A stretch of DNA of 64,000 nt from Thermoanaerobaculia bacterium. GTDB taxonomy: Bacteria > Acidobacteriota > Thermoanaerobaculia > Multivoradales > JAHEKO01. Below are positions 29,116 through 38,691 of this stretch, piece by piece. Every line of letters starts with the position of its first letter. Positions within the stretch are counted from its first letter, which is position 1. The notes below the pieces were generated by a model. That model was not told the DNA's origin and did no database searches. It saw only the letters and a program-made list of their open reading frames with translations. Location: the NCBI GenBank assembly GCA_947259195.1, contig CAMYLC010000067.1:18070-82069 (forward strand). The letters are read 5' to 3'. The translations under genes and the position numbers were made by a program.

Positions 29116-29457
29116 GTGACAACCGAGTCGCCAAGACCCTTTCCCCGATTGCTGGCTCTGGTAGTCGGCTCTTTGCTGTTGCTCCTGGGACTGGCAGCCT
29201 TGGGCAGCTATCGGGACTTGTCTGCGGCTCGAGAGCGAAGGCAGACCTTGCAGGGAGAGATTCGAGAGACCCGAGCCGAGAACGACGAATTGATTAGGCG
29301 AATCGAGCGACTGCGCAGCGATCCGGTGACCCTCGAGCGGCTGGCCCGGGAGCAGTACCGAATGATGCGCCCCGACGATCTCGTAATCGTAATCCCGGAG
29401 GATCCAGAAGAGGTCCCTCTGACGGACTCGGCCGTCGTGCCTCCAGCCGATCCTTGA
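29116..29457 (+). CDS. ftsB: Septum formation initiator (FtsB/DivIC family)
   Basis: 113-aa ORF with one N-terminal TM, a coiled coil (RQTLQGEIRETRAENDELIRRIERLRSDP) and VTLERLAREQYRMMRPDDLVIVI. The position after eno is common for ftsB. Confidence 0.7.
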   Translation: MTTESPRPFPRLLALVVGSLLLLLGLAALGSYRDLSAARERRQTLQGEIRETRAENDELIRRIERLRSDPVTLERLAREQYRMMRPDDLVIVIPEDPEEVPLTDSAVVPPADP

Positions 29458-29789
29458 GGGCTTGGGGGTTGAGACGACCGGCCACCCCCAGCCCCCAACC
29501 GTCCTGGGGCTTGGGTCCTGAGCAATGAACCGTGATCGTGTTGGGGTCCGCCGTGGGGCCCCCAGGGGGCTATCCTCCCTTCCGCTGCAAGAACCCCCAT
29601 GGAGGTCCCCACGCCGAACCCTCATCGAGTTGAGAGACCTCGGGCACCAATAGGGGCTTAGGGGCGTAAGGGCTTAGGGGAATGGGCGGGGGCCCCACTG
29701 CCTCAAAGGCCGCTCGGCGAGGTCGCCGGGCGCTTCAACCCCCAAGCCCTCAAAGATCGTCCGGAAGGAACGCCCGGAAGCCTCAACCC
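29452..29789. repeat. Mosaic intergenic repeat cluster, locus 3 of 4 (convergent junction, ftsB -> <- antiporter)
   Basis: CCTTGAGGGCTTGGGGGTTGAG (29452-29473). The 24-nt module at 29570-29593 is the exact reverse complement of 24776-24799. Also GGGGCTTAGGGGCGTAAGGGCTTAGGGG (29652-29679) and GCTTCAACCCCCAAGCCCTCAAAGATCGTCCGGAAGGAACGCCCGGAAGCCTCAACCC (29732-29789). Confidence 0.85.
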
Positions 29790-31171
29790 GCTTTCCTGCG
29801 TTCACCGCGGGCGAGGGTGATCTTGAGCACGGGGGGGGTCATCAGGGTGGTGACGATGACCATGATGACCACCGCGGAGAAGATGGCTGATGAGATGACC
29901 GGCTGGCCGTGGAGCACGAGGCTGGCGCCGATGCCAGCGAAGATCAGACCGACCTCACCTCGTGGCACCATTCCCACGGCGACCGAGATCCGGTCGAGCC
30001 CTTTCTCCAGCACACCGAGGGCGCAGAGCATCTTGCCGATGATCGCGGCCACCGAGAGCAGTGCCGCGAAGCCCAGGACTCCCTTCTCACCGAAGGTGGA
30101 TAGATCCACCTTGATTCCCATGAGGACGAAGAAGACCGGCACCAGGAAGATGGTGATGGGGTGGATGAGCTCTTCCAATTGGTGTTCGCCTCGGTTGAGA
30201 AAGTCCTTGTAGTGTGCATCTTCCAGGATCAGGCCCGCCGCGAAGGCACCCACGATCGGTGCCAGCTCGATGACATTTGCCAGATAGGCCAGAAAGAAGC
30301 AGAAGGAGAGCGAGACCGTCAGCAGCAGACCGCGAATTTGAAGCTTGCTGAAGAGCCTGAAGAGCCGTGGTGAGAGCCATCCGCCAATGAGAATGGCTCC
30401 GACGAGGAACCCCGCAGCCTTGAGGATGATCATCAGCACGTCCAGGCTGGCCAGGGTGCCGCCGGTGTTCGCAGCAGTGATGACCCCGGAGACGACCGCC
30501 AGAATCACCAATCCGAGTACGTCATCGATGACCGCTGCGCCGAGAATGATCTTCGACTCGCGGGTCGTCACCTTGCCGAGGTCGGTCAAGACCCTGGCGG
30601 TGATACCGACGCTGGTGGCACAAAGCGTTGCGCCGATGAAGAGATGTACCAGAATGTCCTCATCGGGTATAAACCAGGCCGAGACTCCCCAGCCCAGAAA
30701 GAACGGCGCCACGACCCCGAAGATGGCCACGAGGAGACTCGATGCACCGACGGAGAGCATTTCGCTGACGTTGGACTCGAGCCCGACCTCGAAAAGCAGC
30801 AGGATGACGCCGATTTCAGCCAGAATGGCAATGCCTTCGTTGGTGGCAAGGAAATCGAAGCTCGAGATGCCGATCAGGGCCAGGTTCCCGATGACGACTC
30901 CAGCCACGAGCTCGCCCAGGACTGCTGGCTGATGGAAGCGCTCGGCGAGCTCGCCGCCGATCTTGGCGGCGATGAGAATAATCACCAATCCCAGCAGCAC
31001 TGGCGTGACCGGGCTCGTGTGATCGACATGCGAGCCCTCGTCCGAGGCCTGGTGCTCGGCCTGTTCGTCCGTCGCGGACTCCTGATCACCGGTGGCCCAG
31101 AGCCCGGTGCTCGGACCGATTAGAACTCCAAAGACGGCAATGAGCAGAACAGCTGGAATCAGACGTCGCAT
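29783..31171 (-). CDS. Cation:proton antiporter (CPA2/Kef-type Na+/H+ exchanger family)
   Basis: 462-aa ORF with a signal-like N-terminus and a short acidic/His-rich segment. About 12 TM helices follow, with typical segments such as QPAVLGELVAGVVIG and SVGITARVLTDLG. Confidence 0.8.
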   Translation of the reverse strand: MRRLIPAVLLIAVFGVLIGPSTGLWATGDQESATDEQAEHQASDEGSHVDHTSPVTPVLLGLVIILIAAKIGGELAERFHQPAVLGELVAGVVIGNLALIGISSFDFLATNEGIAILAEIGVILLLFEVGLESNVSEMLSVGASSLLVAIFGVVAPFFLGWGVSAWFIPDEDILVHLFIGATLCATSVGITARVLTDLGKVTTRESKIILGAAVIDDVLGLVILAVVSGVITAANTGGTLASLDVLMIILKAAGFLVGAILIGGWLSPRLFRLFSKLQIRGLLLTVSLSFCFFLAYLANVIELAPIVGAFAAGLILEDAHYKDFLNRGEHQLEELIHPITIFLVPVFFVLMGIKVDLSTFGEKGVLGFAALLSVAAIIGKMLCALGVLEKGLDRISVAVGMVPRGEVGLIFAGIGASLVLHGQPVISSAIFSAVVIMVIVTTLMTPPVLKITLARGERRKAG

Positions 31172-31248
31172 CGACTTCTCCTGTTGGTCGGGATTCGCGA
31201 AACGCGATTCATCCTACCACTCGGCTAGAGGACATTCGGGCCGGTGCC

Positions 31249-34200
31249 GTGGCCGTGTCACGGCTGCCGCCGAGAAGGATAGACTTGACGCGGGTGGCGC
31301 TGAAAGAGGCCTTGTCCGGCCTGTCCCGACAGCTCCGCGACAGTGTGGAGTACCGCAAGCTCGAGCGCGAGCTCGGCAGGGCGGAGCGTCTGCCGTTGCC
31401 GGCCGCGGCCTGGGTCGGCGAGTTGCTGAGTCGAGACCTGGATCGGCCCCTGCTTGTCATCGTACCTCACGAGTCGGATGCCTTGGCCTGGACCGAGGCA
31501 AGTGAGCTTCTTTCCGGCTCGGCGGTCTATTTCTCGACTCCATCTCTGACGCCCTACCACGCAGCCGATGTCTCGCTGCAGGTTCGAGCGCTGGAGTCCG
31601 TGGCTCTCTGGCGCTCGCTGAGCGGTGCGGCTCGAGTTCTGGTCTGTACTCCGCGAGCCCTCTTTCGGCGGCTGCCTTCCAAGGAGGCTTTTCTGTCAGC
31701 GGTTCTCGAGCTCGAGACTGGTGAGGAGCAGCCCGTGGACCTGTTGGCAGGGCATCTGACACGCTATGGCTATCACCGCACCGACCTGGTCACCGAGGTG
31801 GGCGAGTTTGCGGTCCGCGGGGGTGTGTTCGATCTCTATTCCCCCGGTGAGGAGACTCCTGTTCGCCTCGACCTCTTCGGCGACACGATCGAGTCGATCC
31901 GTCGCTTCTCCGTCGAGGATCAACGCTCATCAGAGCCGCTGTCTTGCACGGCTATTCTGCCCCTGTCGTTGTATCCCGTCGGCGAGGAGACGGCAGAGCA
32001 CCTGGCTGAGATCCTGGTGGAGATGGCGGGAAGCGAGGCGGGTTACGACGTCGTCGAGAAGGTCGAAGCACTGCGAGCGCGCCAGGCTTTTACCGGGTGG
32101 GAGAACTACCTTCCCCTGGTGGCCACAGAGACCCAGGCGCTGAACGATTGGCTCGATCGACCTCTGGTCGTAGCCTATTCGCCCCAGGACTCTCGATCCG
32201 AGGTCGAGCGCTACAGCGCTCGATTGGAGGCCGACTTCGTGGCGCGATCGGAGCACCGGGAGTTGGCGGTGGAGGCGGTCTTTCTGGAGCAGCCACCGGA
32301 GGTCGTCGAGGGAATTCTGGACAGTGCAGAGCTCGAGTTCGGGCTCGATGTGTCGGGCCTTCGGCAGGACGTGGTCGATTTCAAAGGCAGCACTACCGAC
32401 CTCTTTCATGGCCAGCTGCCCCGGTTTCCCAGAGAGGTGGAGACTGCCAGGGAGCGGGGCGAGCGATTGCTGGTGGTGAGTCCTCGAGAGCATTGGCAAC
32501 GTCTGGAGCACTGGTGCCAGGCAGCCGGGATTCCTCTGGGAAGGGGTGGAGTGGAGCTGGTTGATGGGGAGCTTCGAAGGGGCTTTCGACTGCCGGCGGC
32601 TGCCGTGGTGACCTTCGGTGAGCACCAGATCTTTCCGCGCGTCGCACCCGAGCGACAACGCCGCAGGAATCGCTTCGGTCCCTTTGTGTCCAGCCTGCGG
32701 GACCTGCGCATCGGTGACCATGTCGTGCACCAGGATCACGGCATCGGCCAATTCGTCGCACTGCGCTCCGTGGGCACAGAAGAGCAGGACCTCGACCACC
32801 TGCCACCTGCCTTGTTGCCGCTGCTTGCTGGGGAGCAATCACTCGCATCGGAGGTCATGGAGATTGCCTACGAGAGTGGACGGCGCCTGCTGCTGCCGTT
32901 GAGCCGCCTGGACCAGATTCAGCGCTACAGCGGCATCGAGAGTATGCCTCCCCGCCTCGATCAACTGGGTGGCACGTCGTGGACTCGTACCAAGGACCGT
33001 GTCCGAAGGGGTATGCAGCGTCTGGCTGGTGACCTGGTGAAACTCTACGCGGAGCGCCAGCTCGCCAAGGCTCCAGCCCTTCCCGGGGACACCGACCTGA
33101 TGGCCCAGTTCGAAGCCGCCTTCGAGTTCGAGGAGACCGAGGATCAGCGGCAGGCCATCGACGCGATCAAGGAAGATCTGGAGCGGGAACGCCCCATGGA
33201 TCGCTTACTCTGCGGGGATGTGGGCTTCGGCAAGACAGAGGTGGCCATGCGGGCTGCCTTCAAGGCGGTCGAGGGTGGATATCAGGTAGCCGTTCTGGCG
33301 CCGACGACCATCCTCGCCGATCAGCACCTGGAGACCTTTCGCCGCAGATTCGACGGCTATCCCGTGCGCGTGGAGATGCTCTCGCGCCGCCGCACGGCTG
33401 CCGAGGTCAAGGAAATCCGCCGGGGGTTGACCAGTGGCGAGGTCGATATTCTCATCGGCACCCACCGCCTCTTGGGTCGAGACGTAGAGCTGCCGAAGCT
33501 GGGCCTGCTGATTGTGGATGAGGAGCAGCGTTTCGGAGTGGCCCAGAAGGAACGTCTGCGTGAGCTGAAGAAGAACGTCCATGTGCTGGCCATGTCGGCG
33601 ACTCCGGTCCCCCGGACTCTGCAACTGTCACTAGCGGGAGTGCGCGATCTTTCGGTGATCGAGACCCCACCAAGGGATCGGATGGCGGTCGAAACCGCCA
33701 TCATGCCCTTTTCACCCGAGTTGGTGCGTGAGGCCGTGGAATTCGAGCTCGAAAGGCGGGGTCAGGTCTACTATGTGTTCAATCGAGTCGAAGGCATCGA
33801 GCAGTTCGCCGCCTATTTGAGAGAGATCCTGCCCGCAGTGCGTATGACCATCGGCCACGGCCAGATGGAAGAAAACGAGCTGGCGCGAAGGATGCGCGCC
33901 TTCAAGAAGGGAGAGTATGATCTTTTGCTGGCGACGACCATTATCGAGAACGGAATCGACATTCCCAACGTCAATACCATTCTCGTACACCAGGCCGAGC
34001 GATTCGGGTTGGCACAGCTCTATCAGCTCCGCGGCCGTGTGGGTCGCAGCGATCAGCTGGCCTACTGCTATCTGCTGGTGCCGGGTGATCGGGTACTAAG
34101 AGGCGAGGCTCGCAAGCGCCTGCACGCCATTCGCGAGTTCACAGAGCTGGGAGCAGGCTTTCGGGTCGCCGCCAGGGATCTCGAGATTCGGGGCGCGGGC

Positions 34201-34737
34201 AATCTCCTGGGGGCGGAGCAGAGCGGTCATATAGCCGCGGTCGGCATCGAGACCTATCTCAAAATGCTGGAGGAAACGGTACGCGAGCTTCGAGGTGAGG
34301 CTGTCGAGGCGGTCCCCTCTGTGGCTCTGGATTTGCCGCTCAATGTCACCATCCCCAGCGACTATCTCTCGGATGCCAATCTCAGGATGGAGATCTACCA
34401 GAGAATAGCCTCCGGAGATGTGGATACTACGGACCTGCTGGATGAGCTGCAGGATCGCTTCGGTCCACCCCCACCTTCCGTCTATGGACTGCTTGCAGCG
34501 ACGTCGCTCAAACGCCTGGCGGAAGCTATGCGGGTTCAGTCGATCTCGCATCAGGGACAGAGGCTGCAGATTCGATTTCGCCGGGACTCGAGTGTCGACG
34601 TCGAGCGCCTGGTGAGAATGGTCTCCGAGAGACCCGGCCTGACGTTCAGTCCCAGTGGAATCCTCATTCTCGATCAGGTCGGCGGGGCTCAGGCCCTGGA
34701 GCGGTCCAGATGGCTGCTGGAAGAGCTCGGCAAGTGA
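31249..34737 (+). CDS. mfd: Transcription-repair coupling factor
   Basis: 1162-aa ORF. UvrB-homology N-terminus and a CarD/RID-like segment (GDHVVHQDHGIGQF). Superfamily-2 helicase motifs LLCGDVGFGKTEVAMRAAF, DEEQRFGV, SATPVPRTL, QLRGRVGR. TRCF C-terminal domain. Confidence 0.9.
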   Translation: MAVSRLPPRRIDLTRVALKEALSGLSRQLRDSVEYRKLERELGRAERLPLPAAAWVGELLSRDLDRPLLVIVPHESDALAWTEASELLSGSAVYFSTPSLTPYHAADVSLQVRALESVALWRSLSGAARVLVCTPRALFRRLPSKEAFLSAVLELETGEEQPVDLLAGHLTRYGYHRTDLVTEVGEFAVRGGVFDLYSPGEETPVRLDLFGDTIESIRRFSVEDQRSSEPLSCTAILPLSLYPVGEETAEHLAEILVEMAGSEAGYDVVEKVEALRARQAFTGWENYLPLVATETQALNDWLDRPLVVAYSPQDSRSEVERYSARLEADFVARSEHRELAVEAVFLEQPPEVVEGILDSAELEFGLDVSGLRQDVVDFKGSTTDLFHGQLPRFPREVETARERGERLLVVSPREHWQRLEHWCQAAGIPLGRGGVELVDGELRRGFRLPAAAVVTFGEHQIFPRVAPERQRRRNRFGPFVSSLRDLRIGDHVVHQDHGIGQFVALRSVGTEEQDLDHLPPALLPLLAGEQSLASEVMEIAYESGRRLLLPLSRLDQIQRYSGIESMPPRLDQLGGTSWTRTKDRVRRGMQRLAGDLVKLYAERQLAKAPALPGDTDLMAQFEAAFEFEETEDQRQAIDAIKEDLERERPMDRLLCGDVGFGKTEVAMRAAFKAVEGGYQVAVLAPTTILADQHLETFRRRFDGYPVRVEMLSRRRTAAEVKEIRRGLTSGEVDILIGTHRLLGRDVELPKLGLLIVDEEQRFGVAQKERLRELKKNVHVLAMSATPVPRTLQLSLAGVRDLSVIETPPRDRMAVETAIMPFSPELVREAVEFELERRGQVYYVFNRVEGIEQFAAYLREILPAVRMTIGHGQMEENELARRMRAFKKGEYDLLLATTIIENGIDIPNVNTILVHQAERFGLAQLYQLRGRVGRSDQLAYCYLLVPGDRVLRGEARKRLHAIREFTELGAGFRVAARDLEIRGAGNLLGAEQSGHIAAVGIETYLKMLEETVRELRGEAVEAVPSVALDLPLNVTIPSDYLSDANLRMEIYQRIASGDVDTTDLLDELQDRFGPPPPSVYGLLAATSLKRLAEAMRVQSISHQGQRLQIRFRRDSSVDVERLVRMVSERPGLTFSPSGILILDQVGGAQALERSRWLLEELGK

Positions 34738-35555
34738 GAGTCCTCCGACGCTCCTTGTGGCTAGGTTTGTGGTTGCTGATGGCAGCAGGAGGGTGTCGGG
34801 AGGCACCTCCGGCACCCTATGTGGTGGCTGAGATCAGCGAACAGGAGGTTCGCTTCGCCGAGTTCCAGAGCTATCTCGAGGCGAATGCGGGCGAGCCAGA
34901 GGGGGACCTGGAGGACCAGGTCTCGAGCGCGCTGTTCGATGGTCTTCTCGAGGAGTGCCTGATCGCGCGCTGGGCGGTGGACGAGGGGCTGGTTTCGGCC
35001 AACGCCGGCAGGCGGGCGGGGGTCGGTGCGGTCACCGCCGAGCTTGCGGCAGCGGAGGTGTCCAGCAGGGCGATCGCTTCCTACTATGACGAGCATCGCG
35101 ATCACTTTCATCGACCGGACAGAGTCCACCTCCAGCAGATTCTCCTCGGCAACCGGGCGGTGGCCGAGGAAGTGCGGGCCGAGTGGGACGCCGGGATGCC
35201 GTTCCTGAAGCTCGTCGACCTCTACTCACAGGAAGGCTTGCTGTTGGGTGCCGACGAGGGGGATCTGGCCCGAGAGGAGCTGCCGCTGATATTCGCGGAC
35301 GCCATCTTCGACCTGCAGCTGGGGCAGGTGAGCGAGGTCTTCGCCGCCGAATACGGATTTCATCTGTTCAAAGTTACCGATCGTCTGCCGGCAGGAGTGC
35401 CCTCACTGGAACGGGTGGAAGAGGCGGTGCGGCGGGAATTGCTGCGTCACGAGGTCGCCAGCGGTCTGCGAACCCTGGTGGAGAAGGCTCGGCAGCGCTA
35501 CAATGTGCGGGTTTTCGAGAGGAACCTGCCTTTCGAATACACCGGCGAGTACTGA
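34710..35555 (+). CDS. Peptidyl-prolyl cis-trans isomerase, PpiC/parvulin type (probable lipoprotein)
   Basis: 281-aa ORF. An alternative GTG at 34734 overlaps the mfd stop (GTGA). Signal plus lipobox LWLLMAAGGC. Parvulin-like segment HLQQILLGNRAVAEEVRAEWDAG...EYGFHLFKV. Confidence 0.7.
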   Translation: MAAGRARQVRVLRRSLWLGLWLLMAAGGCREAPPAPYVVAEISEQEVRFAEFQSYLEANAGEPEGDLEDQVSSALFDGLLEECLIARWAVDEGLVSANAGRRAGVGAVTAELAAAEVSSRAIASYYDEHRDHFHRPDRVHLQQILLGNRAVAEEVRAEWDAGMPFLKLVDLYSQEGLLLGADEGDLAREELPLIFADAIFDLQLGQVSEVFAAEYGFHLFKVTDRLPAGVPSLERVEEAVRRELLRHEVASGLRTLVEKARQRYNVRVFERNLPFEYTGEY

Positions 35556-35559
35556 TTCA

Positions 35560-36711
35560 ATGCGAAGTCGGCTCAACTCCAGGTTGGTTTGCGGTCTCCT
35601 GTTGGCGGGAGTCTCCCTCGGCTCGGCCGAGGTCAATGAAATCGTCCTGCGTGTCAACGACCGAATCGCGACGACCTACGACTACAACAGCGAGCGTTTA
35701 GAGCGTTTCCAGGCAATTCAGCAGGCGGAAAGCCTGACGGAAGAAAAAAGGCAGGAGCTCGTCGCCGTGCTGGGCGAGACGGTGATGAAGGACCTCTTCG
35801 AGCAGCTGCTGATGCTGTCGCGGGCCGATCAGCTGAAGATCCAGATCTCTCCGAGCGAAATCGATGAGGCAGTTGAGCGCACCAAGCAGAACTTCGGCAT
35901 CCAGAATCAGGCCGAGTTCAAGGCTGCCCTCGAGGCCTCCGGCATGACGGAGGAGAGACTTCGTCTAAGGTTGGAGAAGACACTGCTGACTCAAAAAGTG
36001 ATGGGGCAGGAGGTCTACTCCAGGGTTTCCGTCGACGAAGAGGATCTGCGACGCTACTACCAGTCGCATGTCGAGGACTTCCAGGTGCCTCAACGCCTGA
36101 GCCTGCGGGAAGTGGTTGTCCTGGAGTCGAGTGGTTTGAATGACGACGACCTGGCGCTTCTGGCCGAAGAGATCCGCCAACAACTCAGCACCGGGCGGGA
36201 TATCGAAGAGGTTGTGGCGCCCTACCTGGAGGAAGGTGTGTCGTCAGGCGTCATCGATCTTGGTTGGGTAGAGGTCGGAGACCTGAATCAGGATCTCGAG
36301 GAGGCCGTCTGGGGCCTCGAAGCCGGAGAAGTGAGCCCAGCGGTCGAAGCGCGCGGTGGTCTGCATATTCTCGTCGTAGCCGAGCGGGAGGAGGCGAGGC
36401 TACTCGAGTTCCTAGAGGTGCAGGATCAGATCCGTTCGATCGAGCAGGGCCGGCTGATGCAGGACGAGATGGCCAAGTACATCGAGGAGTTGAAGAAGAA
36501 CTCCTATGTCGTCGCCAACCCACCCCCCGAGGCAGCGGGCTTCAGGGCTTCTCTCGCCACTTCACTACCCAGCGAATTGGATGCGTTCCGGAAGGTAGAA
36601 CCGGGGCTCGGCGATTCGCTGCCACTGCAGATCCCCGCCGATACACCCAGTGAGGGCTCGGACGAGCCTCCCACGGAATCCACAGTCGATCCACCTCCAG
36701 AGGGCGGCTGA
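35560..36711 (+). CDS. SurA-like periplasmic chaperone / PpiC-type PPIase
   Basis: The ATG at 35560 gives the signal peptide MRSRLNSRLVCGLLLAGVSLGSAEV. It has a SurA_N-like helical region, one parvulin domain (LSLREVVV...GGLHILVV) and a C-terminal Pro/Glu-rich tail. Confidence 0.7.
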   Translation: MRSRLNSRLVCGLLLAGVSLGSAEVNEIVLRVNDRIATTYDYNSERLERFQAIQQAESLTEEKRQELVAVLGETVMKDLFEQLLMLSRADQLKIQISPSEIDEAVERTKQNFGIQNQAEFKAALEASGMTEERLRLRLEKTLLTQKVMGQEVYSRVSVDEEDLRRYYQSHVEDFQVPQRLSLREVVVLESSGLNDDDLALLAEEIRQQLSTGRDIEEVVAPYLEEGVSSGVIDLGWVEVGDLNQDLEEAVWGLEAGEVSPAVEARGGLHILVVAEREEARLLEFLEVQDQIRSIEQGRLMQDEMAKYIEELKKNSYVVANPPPEAAGFRASLATSLPSELDAFRKVEPGLGDSLPLQIPADTPSEGSDEPPTESTVDPPPEGG

Positions 36712-36837
36712 TTCCGCAACTCCCACGAGGGCCAGAAAGGGTTGATGAACGGAAGATCCTTGCCGAAATGAGGCACGGCTCGACCCTTCCTCGTACTCCT
36801 CGAACAGCCTGATTTTCCAAGGATTTTCACCTTTCGG

Positions 36838-36894
36838 GTGGATGGGCTCGCTCGGTGGAGAAAAATGGACAAAAGTGGACTGCGATGCTAGACT
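36838..36894 (+). promoter_or_regulatory. Putative dcw (Pmra) sigma-70 promoter overlapped by candidate MraZ operator repeats
   Basis: Direct repeats GTGGA (36838), GTGGA (36855), ATGGA (36865), GTGGA (36875); the last three have exact 10-bp periodicity. TGGACA (36866-36871), a 17-nt spacer, then TAGACT (36889-36894), located 35 nt upstream of the mraZ ATG. Confidence 0.5.
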
Positions 36895-36928
36895 GCGCAG
36901 CGATCTACTCCCTTAGGTGGACGGGTCT

Positions 36929-37369
36929 ATGTTTCGTGGAAGCGCGCCCACAAAGATCGACGAGAAAGGCCGGCTGAAGGTGCCGACCGGCTTCCGTCGG
37001 CACATGGAGGAGAGGTACGGCAAGGACGTCTTCATCACCTCCGTTTTGGGGGACTCCGTGCAGTTGTACCCACTCCAGGTATGGGAAGAGATCGAAGCTC
37101 GCCTGGCCGCGCTTCCGTCGACGGACAGGGCCAAGCAACGCTACCTGGAGAGGGTCAGTTACTACGGTCAGCAGGGGAGGCTCGATGGTCAGGGAAGAGT
37201 CGTGATCCCCCCGCTCCTGAGAGAAAGCGCTGCGATGACCGGCGAAGTGGTGGTCAGTGCCCGCTTGGATCACCTTGAAATCTGGAACCGTCAGCGGCTC
37301 CAGACCCGCTTCGCCGAGCAGCCCTTCGACGAAGAAGACTTCAACTATCTGAGCGAGAAAGGGATCTAG
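36929..37369 (+). CDS. mraZ: Transcriptional regulator MraZ
   Basis: The ATG at 36929 gives MFRGSAPTKIDEKGRLKVP. A second DxxxR-type repeat is LDGQGRVVIPPLLR. It is the first gene of the dcw cluster. Confidence 0.9.
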   Translation: MFRGSAPTKIDEKGRLKVPTGFRRHMEERYGKDVFITSVLGDSVQLYPLQVWEEIEARLAALPSTDRAKQRYLERVSYYGQQGRLDGQGRVVIPPLLRESAAMTGEVVVSARLDHLEIWNRQRLQTRFAEQPFDEEDFNYLSEKGI

Positions 37370-37418
37370 ATGCACGGATTGCTTCGTCGCTCGACGGCAG
37401 CTCATTGAATCGGCGAAC

Positions 37419-38342
37419 GTGCGGCACATACCCGTTCTGCTAGAGGAGACCACTGCTCTCCTGGCGCCTGAGCGGGGCGGCCTGTTCGTGGACTGCACGC
37501 TGGGTTTGGGCGGTCATACAGCAGCTTTGCTGGCGGCCAACCCGAGAGCCCGCGTCATCGGGATCGATCGCGACCCGGCAGCTCTACGGCTGGCCAAATC
37601 GCGGCTGCAACCGTTCGCCGAGAGGGTGCGCCTGTTGCCTGGGGAGTTTTCTCGTCTGGAGGAGCTGCTCGAGGCGGCGCGGGTCGACAAGGTCGACGGC
37701 ATCCTCGCGGATATTGGTGTTTCCTCGCTGCAGCTCGAGACGGCCGAGCGGGGATTCAGCTTCCGCTTGGAAGGACCGTTGGATATGCGGATGGGACCAG
37801 GCGAACTGACCGCCAGTGAGGTGGTCAACAGGTACAGGGAGGCCGACTTGGAGAGGATATTCAGGGACTTCGGTGAGGAGAGACAGGCGCGGCGAATAGC
37901 GCGAGCCATCGTTGCTCGGCGCGACGAGCAGGCCATCCAGAGCACTTCCGACCTGCGCCAGGTGGTTCACAGGGTACTCGGTCGCCAGCCGAGCCACAGA
38001 AAGCGGCGTATCGACCCGGCCACCCGTGTCTTTCAAGCCATTCGAATAGAGGTCAACAAGGAGCTCTCCGGACTCGAGAGCCTTCTCGATCAGGCCGTTC
38101 GCCTATTGCGCCGAGACGGACGGCTGGTGGTGATCTCGTACCACAGTCTCGAGGATCGCATCGTCAAGAACAAGCTGCGAGATCTGGCCAGGGGAGAGGT
38201 CGATCAGATTACCGGCCGGCCGAGGTCGGAGACCCAGGTCATCGAGGTATTGACCAAGCGCCCCGTCCGGCCCGGCGAGGCCGAGATCGCTGCCAATCCC
38301 CGGTCGAGATCGGCTCGGCTGCGGGCTGCCAGGAGGCTATGA
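37419..38342 (+). CDS. rsmH: 16S rRNA (cytosine1402-N4)-methyltransferase
   Basis: 307-aa ORF. HIPVLLEETTALL, DCTLGLGGHTAALL, DIGVSSLQLE, ISYHSLEDRIVK. Confidence 0.9.
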   Translation: MRHIPVLLEETTALLAPERGGLFVDCTLGLGGHTAALLAANPRARVIGIDRDPAALRLAKSRLQPFAERVRLLPGEFSRLEELLEAARVDKVDGILADIGVSSLQLETAERGFSFRLEGPLDMRMGPGELTASEVVNRYREADLERIFRDFGEERQARRIARAIVARRDEQAIQSTSDLRQVVHRVLGRQPSHRKRRIDPATRVFQAIRIEVNKELSGLESLLDQAVRLLRRDGRLVVISYHSLEDRIVKNKLRDLARGEVDQITGRPRSETQVIEVLTKRPVRPGEAEIAANPRSRSARLRAARRL

Positions 38343-38346
38343 CGGC

Positions 38347-38691
38347 TTGAGAAGTGCCTACGTTGTCCGCCGACCGGTTCTCAACAGCTATCTGGTTCGC
38401 CAGCGCGACCGAAAGCGTCGGAAGGAGCTCGGCCTCGTCCTGGTGGTCATTCTGCCATTGGCGATCGGTCTCCTGGGATACGTGTGGCTGAACCTGGAGC
38501 TCATCGACCTCGGTTACGAGGTGCATGACCTCGAGCGGACACTGAAGCAGCAAGAGCAGCAACAACGCGAGTTGTTCGTGGAATCGGCCTATCTGTCGAG
38601 CCCGGCGCAGGTTCAATCGCGAGCCTCGGCGGAGCTGGGAATGGTGCCGGCGACTCTCGACAAAGTCGTCTTCCTCGAGGAGATCCCGTGA
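38347..38691 (+). CDS. ftsL: Cell division protein FtsL-like
   Basis: 114-aa bitopic ORF with a TTG start: a basic N-terminus, one TM and a coiled coil. It occupies the conserved position between rsmH and ftsI. Confidence 0.65.
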   Translation: MRSAYVVRRPVLNSYLVRQRDRKRRKELGLVLVVILPLAIGLLGYVWLNLELIDLGYEVHDLERTLKQQEQQQRELFVESAYLSSPAQVQSRASAELGMVPATLDKVVFLEEIP

